DNA of 32,000 bases, from the NCBI RefSeq assembly GCF_001457615.1, contig NZ_LN831024.1, positions 5,400,001 through 5,432,000 of the forward strand, given 5' to 3'. Each line of letters starts with the position of its first letter. Positions within the stretch are counted from its first letter, which is position 1. The translations under genes were made by a program, and so were the position numbers. This document shows positions 1 through 10,155 of this stretch, piece after piece. The notes below the pieces were generated by a model. The model was not told the origin of the DNA. It did not search any database and saw only the letters and a program-made list of their open reading frames with translations. Origin of the DNA: Pseudomonas aeruginosa (GTDB lineage: Bacteria > Pseudomonadota > Gammaproteobacteria > Pseudomonadales > Pseudomonadaceae).

Positions 1-1
1 C

Positions 2-424
2 GAGCTGTTCGACTGCGTCGACCAGCGCTTCGACGATATCCAGTGGATCGAGGAAAGCATGCTCGAGGCCGCCCGCCAGGCCAACGCCACCATCATCACC
101 TCGGCGTTCCACAAGTTCAGCCCGATCGGCATCTCCGGCGTGGTGGTGATCGCCGAATCGCACCTGGCGATCCATACCTGGCCGGAGTACGGCTATGCCG
201 CGGTCGACGTGTTCACCTGCGGCGACGTACTCGATGGCGCCCAGGCCGTGCGCGTGCTCAGCGAACGCCTGGGCAGCCGTCGGCACCTGATCTCGAGCAT
301 GGACCGCGGCCTCGGCGGCCATCGCCTGGGGCTGCTCAGCCGCAGCCTGGCCGGCAATGGCCCGGTCGACGAAGACAGCCCGACCCTGCGCTGGGCGCTG
401 GGCCAGGGCACGGGGGTGGCCTGA
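2..424 (+). CDS. speD: S-adenosylmethionine decarboxylase proenzyme (5' end cut by window edge)
   Basis: The frame is open from nt 2. It carries VVIAESHLAIHTWPE, the Glu-Ser self-processing site and TWPE motif of small bacterial AdoMetDC. The stop at 422-424 overlaps the next start (TGATG). Confidence 0.85.
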   Translation, partial: ELFDCVDQRFDDIQWIEESMLEAARQANATIITSAFHKFSPIGISGVVVIAESHLAIHTWPEYGYAAVDVFTCGDVLDGAQAVRVLSERLGSRRHLISSMDRGLGGHRLGLLSRSLAGNGPVDEDSPTLRWALGQGTGVA

Positions 425-1551
425 TGGATACGCCGATCGAACGCGCCCCGCTGGCTCCCGACCTGAGCCAGGCCCGTTACGCCGTCGACCTCACCGGCCT
501 GGTGCCGGCGGAGGTCGCCGCCGGGCTGCCGCCGCTGCCGCCGAACCACTTCTATTTCTATCCGCCGGACCCGCTGCTGGAAGGCGACGGCGCGATCACC
601 GCGATCGAGGACAGCGACCCCTTCGACCAGTACGTCTACCGCCTGCGCCGGGTGCTCTACCAGGGCCGCACGCGCTGGCAGAACGTGCTGATCGCCGACA
701 CCTACAACTACGACCGCGTGCTGATGCTCGACGGCGCGATCCAGAGCGCCGAGAGCGATGAGTCGCTGTACCACGAGCTGCTGGTGCAGCCGGCCATGCT
801 CGCCCACGACGAGCCGCGCGACGTACTGATCATCGGCGGCGGCGAAGGCGCCACCCTGCGCGAGGTGCTGTCCCATGCCAGCGTGCGGCGGGCGGTGATG
901 GTCGATCTCGACCGGGAGCTGGTGGAACTGTGTCGCGAACACCTGTTCCAGTGGCACCAGGGCGCCTTCGACGACCCACGCTGCGAACTGCTCGCCGAGG
1001 ACGGCCGGGCCTATCTCGAGCGCGACCCGTCGCTCTATGACGTGGTCATCATCGACGTCGTCGACATGCTCGACAACGGCCCGGCCCAGGCTCTCTATAC
1101 CCGCCAGTTCTACGAGCTGCTGCATTCGCGCCTGCGACCGGGCGGGGTGGTCGCGGTGCAGGGGCTGGAGTTCTCCCACAGCGACGACAAGCCCCACGCG
1201 GCCCTCGCCCGCACCCTGCGCAGTGTCTTCTCCCGGGTCCACAGCTACCGCGCCACGGTGCCCTCGTTCCTCTCCTCCTGGGGCTTCCTGCTGGCTTCCG
1301 ACTGGCTCGACACGAACCACTGGCAGGCCGAGGACATCGACCGACGCATCGAACGCAAGCTCGGCCCGCTGTGGCTCGACCACCTCGACGGCGACTACCT
1401 CAAGGCCTGCTTCGTGATGGACCGGGAAACCCGCTTCCTGCTCGCCCAACCGGGACCGGTACTGGAAGACGGCGTACCCTTCGTCGCACCGCCGGATATC
1501 GAGGAGATCGAGTTCGGCCCGGCACAATTGCCGGCCCTGGCGAGGACCTGA
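424..1551 (+). CDS. speE: Spermidine synthase-like aminopropyltransferase
   Basis: 375 aa from the ATG at 424. It has the class-I MTase-fold motif VLIIGGGEGATLREVL and an acidic VIIDVVD pocket. It is translationally coupled to speD and has good G/C third-position usage. Confidence 0.85.
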   Translation: MDTPIERAPLAPDLSQARYAVDLTGLVPAEVAAGLPPLPPNHFYFYPPDPLLEGDGAITAIEDSDPFDQYVYRLRRVLYQGRTRWQNVLIADTYNYDRVLMLDGAIQSAESDESLYHELLVQPAMLAHDEPRDVLIIGGGEGATLREVLSHASVRRAVMVDLDRELVELCREHLFQWHQGAFDDPRCELLAEDGRAYLERDPSLYDVVIIDVVDMLDNGPAQALYTRQFYELLHSRLRPGGVVAVQGLEFSHSDDKPHAALARTLRSVFSRVHSYRATVPSFLSSWGFLLASDWLDTNHWQAEDIDRRIERKLGPLWLDHLDGDYLKACFVMDRETRFLLAQPGPVLEDGVPFVAPPDIEEIEFGPAQLPALART

Positions 1552-1553
1552 AG

Positions 1554-2414
1554 ATGTCCGCCGCTCCCCTGGCCAGCGTACCGCTGGCCGTCAACGGCGC
1601 GCCCTGCCTGCTGCACCGGGTACGCTTCCGCTCCGCCGCGGACAGCGGCGGCCTGCCGCTGCTGGCCACCCTGCGCGATCCGCAGCCGGCGCTGGCCGTC
1701 CTGGCGCAACGCATCGAGCTGAGCGAAGACGCGGAACTGCCGGAGACCGCCGTCGACGACGAGCTGCTGGTGATCTTCGCCAACGCCGGGCTACAGACCG
1801 GGCACGCCTGGCGCCAGCGCCTGGAAGCCTGGATGGCCGCCGGCGAGGACGAGCGCCAGCCGACCCTGGAAGCGCCCTCGTTCGGCGAGCGGGTGCTGTG
1901 GCGCCCCGGCCGCGCGCTGGTCATCGGCAACCCCGAGCGCTGCCGGGAGCTGCTCGAAGGCCTGGCCGTCTTCGCCTGGCACGAAGGTCACCTGCGCCGC
2001 CTGGAAGGCGAGACCGCGGCGGCCTGGGAACCGGCCCAGGCCGATGTCGAACTGACCCAGCTACCGCGCCGTGCCGCCCTGCGGCGCCAGGAACATGTGA
2101 ACCGGCAGGTGCGACGCACTACACTCTGGCGCATGGCCTATGCCCGCCTGGAGTCGCACCTGGAGAAGCCGCCGCTGCAACTGAACGGCGCTGTGCGCCG
2201 GCTCTACAACGAACTGGCCATGCAGGCCGAAGTGCACGATCGCCTGGCGACCCTGGACGACCGCATCGAAGTGCTGCAGGACCTCTACGAACTGGCCGCC
2301 GACCGCCTCGGCGAATACCGCTACTTCCGGGGCGAACTGCGGGTCGAATGGCTGATCGTCGCCATCCTCCTGCTGGAGGCCGGCCTGAGCCTGTGGGAAT
2401 TGTGGAATCACTGA
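1554..2414 (+). CDS. Hypothetical protein with C-terminal TM helix, third gene of the polyamine-pmrAB operon
   Basis: The ATG at 1554 lies 2 nt after the speE stop. 286 aa with C-terminal hydrophobic WLIVAILLLEAGLSLWELW. No catalytic motif recognised. The position matches PA4775 as I recall it. Confidence 0.6.
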   Translation: MSAAPLASVPLAVNGAPCLLHRVRFRSAADSGGLPLLATLRDPQPALAVLAQRIELSEDAELPETAVDDELLVIFANAGLQTGHAWRQRLEAWMAAGEDERQPTLEAPSFGERVLWRPGRALVIGNPERCRELLEGLAVFAWHEGHLRRLEGETAAAWEPAQADVELTQLPRRAALRRQEHVNRQVRRTTLWRMAYARLESHLEKPPLQLNGAVRRLYNELAMQAEVHDRLATLDDRIEVLQDLYELAADRLGEYRYFRGELRVEWLIVAILLLEAGLSLWELWNH

Positions 2415-2426
2415 AACGAGGCTGCC

Positions 2427-3092
2427 ATGAGAATACTGCTGGCCGAGGACGACCTGCTGCTCGGCGACGGCATCCGCGCCGGGCTGCGCCTGGAAGGCGA
2501 TACCGTGGAATGGGTGACCGACGGCGTGGCCGCGGAGAACGCGCTGGTCACCGACGAGTTCGACCTGCTGGTGCTCGACATCGGACTGCCGCGCCGCAGC
2601 GGCCTGGACATCCTGCGTAACCTGCGCCACCAGGGCCGGCTCACCCCGGTGCTGCTGCTCACCGCGCGGGACAAGGTGGCCGACCGGGTCGCCGGGCTCG
2701 ACAGCGGTGCCGACGACTACCTGACCAAGCCCTTCGATCTCGACGAACTGCAGGCACGGGTGCGCGCCCTGACCCGCCGCACCACCGGTCGCGCCCTGCC
2801 GCAACTGGTGCACGGCGAGCTGCGCCTGGACCCGGCGACCCACCAAGTGACCCTGTCCGGCCAGGCGGTGGAACTGGCGCCGCGCGAATACGCGCTGCTG
2901 CGCCTGCTGCTGGAGAACAGCGGCAAGGTGCTCTCGCGCAACCAACTGGAGCAGAGCCTCTACGGCTGGAGCGGCGACGTCGAGAGCAACGCCATCGAGG
3001 TCCATGTCCATCACCTGCGGCGCAAGCTCGGCAACCAGTTGATCCGCACCGTCCGCGGCATCGGCTACGGCATCGACCAGCCGGCGCCCTGA
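2427..3092 (+). CDS. pmrA: OmpR-family response regulator PmrA
   Basis: 221 aa. The REC domain has DLLVLDIGLP (phospho-Asp) and LTARD...KP. The C-terminal winged helix reads IEVHVHHLRRKL...RTVRGIGY. It lies directly upstream of its kinase. Confidence 0.9.
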   Translation: MRILLAEDDLLLGDGIRAGLRLEGDTVEWVTDGVAAENALVTDEFDLLVLDIGLPRRSGLDILRNLRHQGRLTPVLLLTARDKVADRVAGLDSGADDYLTKPFDLDELQARVRALTRRTTGRALPQLVHGELRLDPATHQVTLSGQAVELAPREYALLRLLLENSGKVLSRNQLEQSLYGWSGDVESNAIEVHVHHLRRKLGNQLIRTVRGIGYGIDQPAP

Positions 3093-3115
3093 AAACCGCC
3101 TACCGGAGTCCCCCG

Positions 3116-4549
3116 ATGTCCCGTGCCGCCGTCCCCTCCGTCCGCCGGCGCCTGCTGGTCAACCTGCTGGTCGGCTTCGTGCTGTGCTGGCTGAGCGTGG
3201 CGGCGCTGACCTACCACCTCTCGCTGAAGCAGGTGAACCGCCTGTTCGACGACGACATGGTGGACTTCGGCGAAGCCGCCCTGCGCCTGCTCGACCTTGC
3301 CACCGAAGACCAGGCCGGCGAGGACGGCTCCATCACCGAGATCATCGAACGCAGCCGCGAAGCGATCCAGGGTCTGCCCCTGCTGCGCCGCGAAAGCGCC
3401 CTCGGCTACGCCCTGTGGCGCGACGGCCAGCCGCTGCTGTCGAGCCTCAACCTGCCGCCGGAGATCACGGCCCAGGGCCCCGGCTTCAGCACCGTGGAAG
3501 CCCAGGGCACCCACTGGCGGGTGCTCCAGCTGAATATCGACGGCTTCCAGATCTGGATCAGCGAAAACCTGATCTACCGCCAGCACACCATGAACCTGCT
3601 GCTGTTCTACTCGCTGTTCCCGCTGCTGCTGGCGCTGCCGTTGCTCGGCGGCCTGGTCTGGTTCGGCGTTGCCCGCGGCCTGGCGCCGCTACGCGAAGTG
3701 CAGGCCGAGGTCCAGCAGCGCTCCGCGCGACACCTGCAGCCGATCGCGGTGGAGGCGGTGCCGCTGGAGATCCGCGGCCTCATCGACGAACTCAACCTCC
3801 TGCTGGAGCGTCTGCGCACCGCCCTCGAGGCCGAACGCCGACTGACCAGCGACGCCGCCCATGAGATCCGCACGCCACTGGCCAGCCTGCGCACCCATGC
3901 CCAGGTCGCGCTGCGTTCGGAAGACCCCAAGGCCCACGCCCGCGGCCTGCTGCAAGTCAGTCGCAGCGTCGAGCGGATCAGCACCTTGATGGAGCAGATC
4001 CTGCTCCTCGCCCGCCTCGACGGCGACGCCCTGCTGGAGCAATTCCACCCGGTCAACCTCGCCACCCTGGCCGAAGACGTACTCTCCGAACTGGCGCGCC
4101 AGGCCATCGACAAGGACATCGAGCTGTCGTTGCACCAGGAGACCGTGCACGTGATGGGCATCGACCTGTGGCTGAAGGCGATGGTCGGCAACCTGGTGGG
4201 CAACGCCCTGCGCTACACACCGGCCGGGGGCCAGGTCGAGATCCGCGTCGAGAATCGCGCCCAGCACGCCGTGCTGCGGGTGCGCGACAACGGCCCCGGG
4301 GTCGCCCTGGAAGAGCAGCAGGCGATCTTCACCCGCTTCTACCGCAGCCCCGCCACCAGCAGCGGCGAGGGCAGCGGCCTGGGCCTGCCGATCGTCAAGC
4401 GCATCGTCGAACTGCACTTCGGCAGTATCGGCCTGGGCAAGGGACTGGAGGGCAAAGGTCTGGAAGTGCAGGTGTTCCTGCCGAAGACCCAGCCGGACGC
4501 GACGCGGCCGCCGGCCAGAGGTCCGGACAGCGGGCGGTCACATATCTGA
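3116..4549 (+). CDS. pmrB: Sensor histidine kinase PmrB
   Basis: 477 aa with two TM segments flanking a periplasmic loop. H-box SDAAHEIRTPL, N-box GNALRYT, G-boxes DNGPGV and GSGLGLPIV. Confidence 0.9.
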   Translation: MSRAAVPSVRRRLLVNLLVGFVLCWLSVAALTYHLSLKQVNRLFDDDMVDFGEAALRLLDLATEDQAGEDGSITEIIERSREAIQGLPLLRRESALGYALWRDGQPLLSSLNLPPEITAQGPGFSTVEAQGTHWRVLQLNIDGFQIWISENLIYRQHTMNLLLFYSLFPLLLALPLLGGLVWFGVARGLAPLREVQAEVQQRSARHLQPIAVEAVPLEIRGLIDELNLLLERLRTALEAERRLTSDAAHEIRTPLASLRTHAQVALRSEDPKAHARGLLQVSRSVERISTLMEQILLLARLDGDALLEQFHPVNLATLAEDVLSELARQAIDKDIELSLHQETVHVMGIDLWLKAMVGNLVGNALRYTPAGGQVEIRVENRAQHAVLRVRDNGPGVALEEQQAIFTRFYRSPATSSGEGSGLGLPIVKRIVELHFGSIGLGKGLEGKGLEVQVFLPKTQPDATRPPARGPDSGRSHI

Positions 4550-4612
4550 TAGCCTGCGCATTGGCCGGGAAAGGGATAGGCTAGCGGCTTCGCAACCTCC
4601 CAGGAGACCCGG

Positions 4613-5011
4613 ATGAACATCGGTGAAGCGGCGAAGAAAAGCGGACTGACGCCGAAGATGATCCGTTACTACGAGTCCATCGAGCTGCTCCGCCCAGCCG
4701 GACGCAGCGCCAGCGGCTACCGCCACTACAACGAGAACGACCTGCATACCCTGGCGTTCATCCGCCGTTCGCGGGACCTCGGTTTCTCCCTCGACGAAGT
4801 CGGCAAGCTGCTCACCCTCTGGCAGGATCGCCAGCGTGCCAGTGCCGACGTCAAGGCCCTGGCAGCGCAGCACGTGCGCGAGCTGAATCGCAAGATCGAG
4901 GAGCTCAGCACCCTGCGCGACACCCTGCAGGACCTGGTCGAGCACTGCCAGGGCGACCACCGCCCCGACTGCCCGATCCTCAAGGACCTGGCGTCTGGCT
5001 GCTGCCACTGA
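4613..5011 (+). CDS. cueR: MerR-family Cu(I)-responsive regulator CueR
   Basis: 132 aa. N-terminal MerR HTH (MNIGEAAKKSGLTPKMIRYYE). C-terminal metal loop C-x7-C (HCQGDHRPDCP) typical of CueR. Confidence 0.9.
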   Translation: MNIGEAAKKSGLTPKMIRYYESIELLRPAGRSASGYRHYNENDLHTLAFIRRSRDLGFSLDEVGKLLTLWQDRQRASADVKALAAQHVRELNRKIEELSTLRDTLQDLVEHCQGDHRPDCPILKDLASGCCH

Positions 5012-5546
5012 TATCCAGCAACGGCCAGCGCGCCGTCCAGTTCTTCTCCCGCAGGCGCCGCCGGTAGACCTCCGGCTTGCCGGCGAAATGCGCGGTGGGC
5101 CGCACCTTCAGCGCCAGCAGGTCGTCGACGCCCAGCGGTGCCAGTAGCTCCAGGCGTTCGCCGACGAGCCGCAGCGCCACCGCCGTGCACGTTTCCGCCC
5201 AGTGGCACAGCGCATCGGCGCAATCCCGGTAGGGCCGGTCGCCGTTGCGCAGGTGCATGCGCGCCTGGTTCTTCACCGACCAGGGTGCCTCGCAGCGACG
5301 GCGCAACGCGGCCTCGAAGTCGGCGTCGGCCTGCGGGTCGAGGGCCCGCGGGGCGAAATGAAGTACGTCGATGTCCGCCAGCGGCGTGGCTTCGCCGTAG
5401 CCATGCAGATGGTCCCATACCGCGTTGCGCACGAAGCCGGCGCCGATCCAGGCGCCCTCCGGGCCGACCTCGCGCAGCACGCGGAGCAGATGCAGGCGCG
5501 AGGAATCGGCGGCGATCAGCGCGAGGATGTCTTCCGCCGTTTTCAT
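4980..5546 (-). CDS. Nucleotidyltransferase-family protein (NTP_transf_6-like)
   Basis: 188 aa from the ATG at 5546, which forms an ATGA overlap with the upstream EamA stop. Motifs GAGFVRNAVWD...DIDV. The longer 379-aa ORF-track version is an off-frame-looking extension. Confidence 0.6.
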   Translation of the reverse strand: MKTAEDILALIAADSSRLHLLRVLREVGPEGAWIGAGFVRNAVWDHLHGYGEATPLADIDVLHFAPRALDPQADADFEAALRRRCEAPWSVKNQARMHLRNGDRPYRDCADALCHWAETCTAVALRLVGERLELLAPLGVDDLLALKVRPTAHFAGKPEVYRRRLREKNWTARWPLLDISGSSQTPGP

Positions 5547-6436
5547 CCCAACCGCCGCACCGGCCAGGCGAAGCGTCGCAGCAGGCTGGCCGGCAACAGG
5601 GTGATGGCCAGCCCGACGAACACCAGCGCGCAGGCCAGCAGGCTGTCCAGGTCGAGGCGTTCGCCGAGCAGCAGCCAGCCGGCGAGCATGCCCGACACCG
5701 GCACAGCCAGGGCGAACGGGGTCACCAGGCTGGCCGGGTAGTGGCGCAGGAGGAAACTCCAGATGGCGAAGCCCACCGTGGTCGCGCCGAAGGCGATGTA
5801 GAGCAGCGCGCCGAAGCCGCCCCAGCTCATGTTCAGCACGGCGCGCTCGATGGCTTGCGGACCTTCGAATAGATAGGAAAGCGCCAGCAGCGGCAACGGC
5901 GGGACCAGGCTGACCCAGCAGATCAGGCGCAGCATGTCGGTGGCCCCGGAACGCTTGGTGGCGATATTGGCGAAGGACCAGGCCAGCGCTGCGGCGACCA
6001 CCAGCAGGAATGCCAGCAGGCTGTCTCCCAGCGGCCGTTCCAGGCCGATCAGGACCAGCCCCGCCGCCGCCAGCAGGAGGCCGAACAACCCGCGCGGCGT
6101 CGGCCGCTCGCCCAGCCACAGGGCGGCGATGAGGATGGTGAAGAATACCTGGCTCTGCAGCACCAGCGACGACAGCCCGGCCGGCATGCCCTGGGCCATG
6201 CCGACGAACAGCAGGCCGAACTTGACCACCCCGAGGAGCACGCCGATCAGCAGGATGCGTCCGAACGGCGCCGGCATCGGCCCGCGCAGGACCAGCAGCG
6301 GCAGCGCCGCCAGGGCGAAGCGCAGGGCGCAGAACAGCAGCGGCGGGAAGTCGCCGAGGCCGACCTTGATCACGACGAAGTTCAGACCCCAGATCAGGGT
6401 CACCAGCAGGGCGAGCAGGATATGTGCAACAGGCAT
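5543..6436 (-). CDS. EamA/DMT-family transporter
   Basis: 297 aa, about 10 hydrophobic helices, duplicated EamA-like halves, good GC3. Confidence 0.8.
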   Translation of the reverse strand: MPVAHILLALLVTLIWGLNFVVIKVGLGDFPPLLFCALRFALAALPLLVLRGPMPAPFGRILLIGVLLGVVKFGLLFVGMAQGMPAGLSSLVLQSQVFFTILIAALWLGERPTPRGLFGLLLAAAGLVLIGLERPLGDSLLAFLLVVAAALAWSFANIATKRSGATDMLRLICWVSLVPPLPLLALSYLFEGPQAIERAVLNMSWGGFGALLYIAFGATTVGFAIWSFLLRHYPASLVTPFALAVPVSGMLAGWLLLGERLDLDSLLACALVFVGLAITLLPASLLRRFAWPVRRLG

Positions 6437-6525
6437 GGCGGCCTCCGGAAAACTTCAGGCCACGCTAGCAGTTGCGTGCGCAAGGGTCGCGATACAGTTG
6501 GCGGGAAAAAACATCCGCCAGCCGC

Positions 6526-7419
6526 TCACTGCAACCAGGGCGGCGGCGGTTCCTCGCGCTCGCCACGCGGCGCGTCGTCGGCCTGGCGCAGCGCCTGGCG
6601 ACGCGCCTCCTCGCGCTGCGCGGCCTCGATCTCGCGGAGCACCGCGCGCACGTCGGCGGCCTCTTCGGCTTCGACGAAGGTGCCGCTGAGCGGGGTTTCC
6701 GCTGTCAGCTCGCCGGCTTCGTAGAGCGCCCACATTTCCTTGGCATAGCGGGTCTGCCTGAGTTCCGGGGCGAAGCGGCCGAAGTAGGCGGCCATGTTGC
6801 CGACGTCGCGTTCGAGCATGCTGAACGCATGGTTGTTGCCGGCCGCGTCGACCGCCTGCGGCAAGTCGATGATCACCGGGCCGTCCGGACCGAGCAGGAC
6901 GTTGAACTCGGAGAGGTCGCCGTGCACCAGGCCGGCGCAGAGCATGGCGACGATCTGGCGGATCAGGAAAGCGTGGTGGCGCCGTGCCTCGTCGGGCTCC
7001 AGCGTCACGTCGTTGAGACGCGGCGCAGCATCGCCGTCGGCGTCCGCCACCAGTTCCATCAGCAACACGCCATCGAGGAAATCATAGGGCTTCGGCACCC
7101 GCACACCGGCCCCGGCGAGACGGAACAGGGCCGCCACTTCGGCATTCTGCCAGGCTTCCTCCTGTTCGCGGCGGCCATACTTCGAGCCCTTGGCCATGGC
7201 CCGCGCCTGGCGGCTGTTGCGGACCTTGCGGCCCTCCTGGTACTCGGCGGCCTGGCGGAAGCTGCGCTTGTTGGCTTCCTTGTAGACCTTGGCGCAACGC
7301 AGGCTGTCGCCGCAACGCACCACATAGACCGAGGCTTCCTTGCCGCTCATCAGCGGGCGCACGACCTCGTCGATCAGACCGTCTTCGATCAACGGTTCCA
7401 GGCGTCTGGGTGTCTTCAT
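6526..7419 (-). CDS. RIO-type atypical serine protein kinase
   Basis: Kinase-like motifs GKEASVY...AKVYK (ATP-binding Lys), LVHGDLSEFNVL (catalytic loop) and IIDLPQAV (metal-binding Asp). The ATG at 7419 is preferred over the TTG at 7458, so the start is uncertain. Confidence 0.7.
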   Translation of the reverse strand: MKTPRRLEPLIEDGLIDEVVRPLMSGKEASVYVVRCGDSLRCAKVYKEANKRSFRQAAEYQEGRKVRNSRQARAMAKGSKYGRREQEEAWQNAEVAALFRLAGAGVRVPKPYDFLDGVLLMELVADADGDAAPRLNDVTLEPDEARRHHAFLIRQIVAMLCAGLVHGDLSEFNVLLGPDGPVIIDLPQAVDAAGNNHAFSMLERDVGNMAAYFGRFAPELRQTRYAKEMWALYEAGELTAETPLSGTFVEAEEAADVRAVLREIEAAQREEARRQALRQADDAPRGEREEPPPPWLQ

Positions 7420-7542
7420 CGGTGCTACGCGGTTCCTCGGGGCCAATGTGTAAGGCAAAGGGTCTGACGTTATACGGCAAACGCCGTGCCGAGCACAGCC
7501 GGACGCGCCGGCTTTCCGCCGGACTGCGCACCGATCGGCGTA

Positions 7543-8724
7543 CTAGGCCGGTGGCGCGGTGAGTTCGATGCTTTCCGCCACCGCCTGTTCCAGCCGCTGC
7601 ATCTCCACGTCCAGCGCCTCGGCGCTGTCGGCGTAGCGCCGGGCAACCTCGGCGAAAGCGTCGGCCACGGCGACGAAGGCCTCCACCAGCCGTGGGTCGA
7701 ATTCACTGCCGGCGCCGGCCTGGATCAGCAGCACCGCCTCGGCATGCGCCAGCGGCGGCCGGTAGGCGTGCCGGCTGGTCAGTTCATCGTAGCGGTCGGC
7801 CAGGGCGACGATCCGCGCCGCCAGGGGAATCCGCTCGCCCGCAAGGCCTTCCGGAAAGCCCCGGCCATCCCAGCGTTCGTGATGACTGTAGGCGATCTGC
7901 CGGGCGAAGCGGAGGAATCCGGAAGGCTGGCCGAGCCGCCGCTCGGCGCTGGCCAGGGCGTCGCGCCCGGCGCGGGTATGGCCCTGTAGCAGGGCGGTGT
8001 CGGCGGCGTCCAGTTGCCCGGGGTTGAGCAGGACCCGGTCGGGCACCGCGACCTTGCCGATGTCATGCAACAGCGCCGACTTGCTCAGCAGGTCGACAGC
8101 CTCCGGAGTCAGCTCGTCGGCGAACGCCCGCTGCGCCGCCAGGTGCTCGGCGAGCAGCCTGACATAGCGCTCGATACGCGGAAGATGGCGGCTGCGCGGG
8201 TTGTCGCGAAGATCGCCAAGGGTCGCCAGGGCTTCGATGACGGCGTCCTGCAACTGTTGCAGCTGGCGCGTGCGACGGCGCACTTCGAGTTCCAGGTATT
8301 CGCTCTTGTCGCGCAGGAAATCGGCATTGGCCTTCAATTGCAGATGGGTACGCACCCGCGCCAGGACGATCGGCGGGCTCACCGGCTTGCCCAGGTAATC
8401 CACCGCGCCCAGGGCCAGGCCCTGTTGCTCGTCGTCGCGATCGGCGCGGGCAGTGAGGAACATCAACGGGATGTCGCGGGTCAGCGGATCGGCCTTGAGC
8501 CGTCGGCAGACCTCGTAGCCGTCCATGCCCGGCATGTTCACATCGAGCAGGATCAGGTCCGGGCGCGGCTCTTCGACGGCCGCCCGCAGCCCGGCCGGGC
8601 CGCTGCCGGCGGTGCGCACGCGGTACTGCTCCTCGAGCAGCTCGCGCATCAGCAGCAGGTTGTCCGGGGTGTCGTCCACCACCAGCACGAGTTCCTGCTC
8701 GGGCCTGTCCAGCATGCTCTCCAT
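7543..8724 (-). CDS. Response regulator with HD-GYP domain (c-di-GMP phosphodiesterase type)
   Basis: 393 aa. N-terminal REC (LVVDDTPDN...[13 protein letters not shown]). C-terminal HD-GYP (LLHDIGK ... [14 protein letters not shown]). A GGAGG sequence sits upstream of the ATG. Confidence 0.9.
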
Positions 8725-8831
8725 CGCCCCTCCGGCCTTCGCTACGGGGCCGCCTGGCGGCGACCGTCACTCCGTATTGAAGACGCTGGAGACGACTTCT
8801 GCACGTCCGGTCAGGCGCCCGGGGCGACCGT

Positions 8832-9029
8832 TCAGGGCGTCAGGCGGAAACGCAGTGGCGAATCCTCGGCCTCGGCGCCGTTCTCGCTCTCGCCGAAGGC
8901 CCGGCGCTCGATGGGGTCCTGGCCGAAATACTCCTTGATCGGCGACTCGATGGCCTTGCCGCCGGGGCTCACGTGACTGGCGCAACCGCCAAGGAACACC
9001 AGGACCACACCGATGACCAGCGCTTTCAT
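8832..9029 (-). CDS. Small lipoprotein
   Basis: From the ATG at 9029: MKALVIGVVLVFLGGC, a signal peptide plus lipobox (L-G-G-C). 65 aa. Confidence 0.55.
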   Translation of the reverse strand: MKALVIGVVLVFLGGCASHVSPGGKAIESPIKEYFGQDPIERRAFGESENGAEAEDSPLRFRLTP

Positions 9030-9110
9030 CTTCGTACCCCCGTCAGCCCGGCCCATCCGGGCGCTGCGCCGCAGCATGGCGCAGCCCGCCTTAGGGATCG
9101 CTTAAGGCAT

Positions 9111-10040
9111 TCAGGCGGCGGCGCGGCTGGCGCGCCACTGGGGCAGGCCGATGAGCACCACGGCGCTGATGATCACCAGCATCGCCAGCCCCTCGATACC
9201 GCCGATCCGCTCGCCGGCGAACAGGGTGCCGAGCAACACCGCCACCGCCGGATTGACGTAGGCATAGCTGGTGGCCGCCGCCGGCCGTACGTTGCGCAGC
9301 AGGTACTGGTAGGCGCTGAAGGCGATGATCGAGCCGAACAGGATCAGGTACACCAGCGCCAGCCAGCCGCTGGTGCTCGGCCAATGCTCCAGGCGCTCGC
9401 CGCTGGCCAGGCTGCCGACCAGCAGCACCGCGCCGCCGACCAGCATTTCCGCGGCGCTGGCCATCGGTCCGGCCGGCAGCGACAGGCGCCGGCTCCACAC
9501 CGAGCCGAAGGCCCAGGACGCGGCGGCGAACAGGATCAGGCCGGCGCCGGCAGGGCTGGCCTGGAGGTTCGAACCGAGGTTGAGCAGGACGATGCCGAAC
9601 AGCCCGAGCACGATGCCGCCCCATTCCAGGGTGGTGTTGCGCTGGCCGAACAACTGGCTGAACAGCAGGGTGAACAGCGGCACCGTAGCCACCGCGAGGG
9701 CCGCCACCCCGGAAGACACGCCCCAGTGCTCGGCCACCGTCACCCCGCCGTTGCCGCAACTGAGCAGGAGGATTCCGACGACCCCCGCGCCGCGCCACTC
9801 GCGCCAGGTCGGCAACGGCGCGCCGCGCCAGCGCAACCAGGCGAACATCAGGCCGCCGGCGATGACGAAGCGCACCCCGGCCATCAGCATCGGAGGCCAG
9901 GACTCGACGCCGAAGCGGATCGCCAGGTAAGTGGAGCCCCAGATGAAGTACAGGGCGAAGAACGCACCGAAAAGCAACAGCGGAAGGCGACGGGCAGGCA
10001 TGGAAAGCACTCGACAGGGCAGGCGGGAGAAAGACTTCAT
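9111..10040 (-). CDS. EamA/DMT-family transporter
   Basis: 309 aa, 10 predicted helices, divergent from an Lrp/AsnC regulator. The start is ambiguous between 10040 and 10001. Confidence 0.8.
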   Translation of the reverse strand: MKSFSRLPCRVLSMPARRLPLLLFGAFFALYFIWGSTYLAIRFGVESWPPMLMAGVRFVIAGGLMFAWLRWRGAPLPTWREWRGAGVVGILLLSCGNGGVTVAEHWGVSSGVAALAVATVPLFTLLFSQLFGQRNTTLEWGGIVLGLFGIVLLNLGSNLQASPAGAGLILFAAASWAFGSVWSRRLSLPAGPMASAAEMLVGGAVLLVGSLASGERLEHWPSTSGWLALVYLILFGSIIAFSAYQYLLRNVRPAAATSYAYVNPAVAVLLGTLFAGERIGGIEGLAMLVIISAVVLIGLPQWRASRAAA

Positions 10041-10155
10041 TTTATGAGGTCGCTACCCGCCGGTTAAGGCACAGCCGCTGGTTATCGGGACGTAACACTT
10101 TTCTTTCCATGGAAATCGGCCATGCTTTCCGTCGATTCGACAACCGGGATCCATC

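Noticed and set aside
193-1527. 444-aa ORF antisense to the spermidine synthase gene
   Set aside because: It has the Arg/Ala/Gly/Pro-rich, low-complexity composition typical of off-frame or antisense reading of 65% GC DNA. It fully overlaps a gene with clear family motifs.
4148-4150. PmrB residue 345 is His (I recall Tyr in PAO1)
   Set aside because: From memory, Y345H is a widespread lineage polymorphism found in colistin-susceptible isolates. It cannot be called a resistance mutation from sequence alone.
4980-5011. 32-nt convergent overlap between cueR and the nucleotidyltransferase gene
   Set aside because: It probably just reflects a slightly extended C-terminus in one ORF. I can see no structure or motif suggesting antisense regulation.
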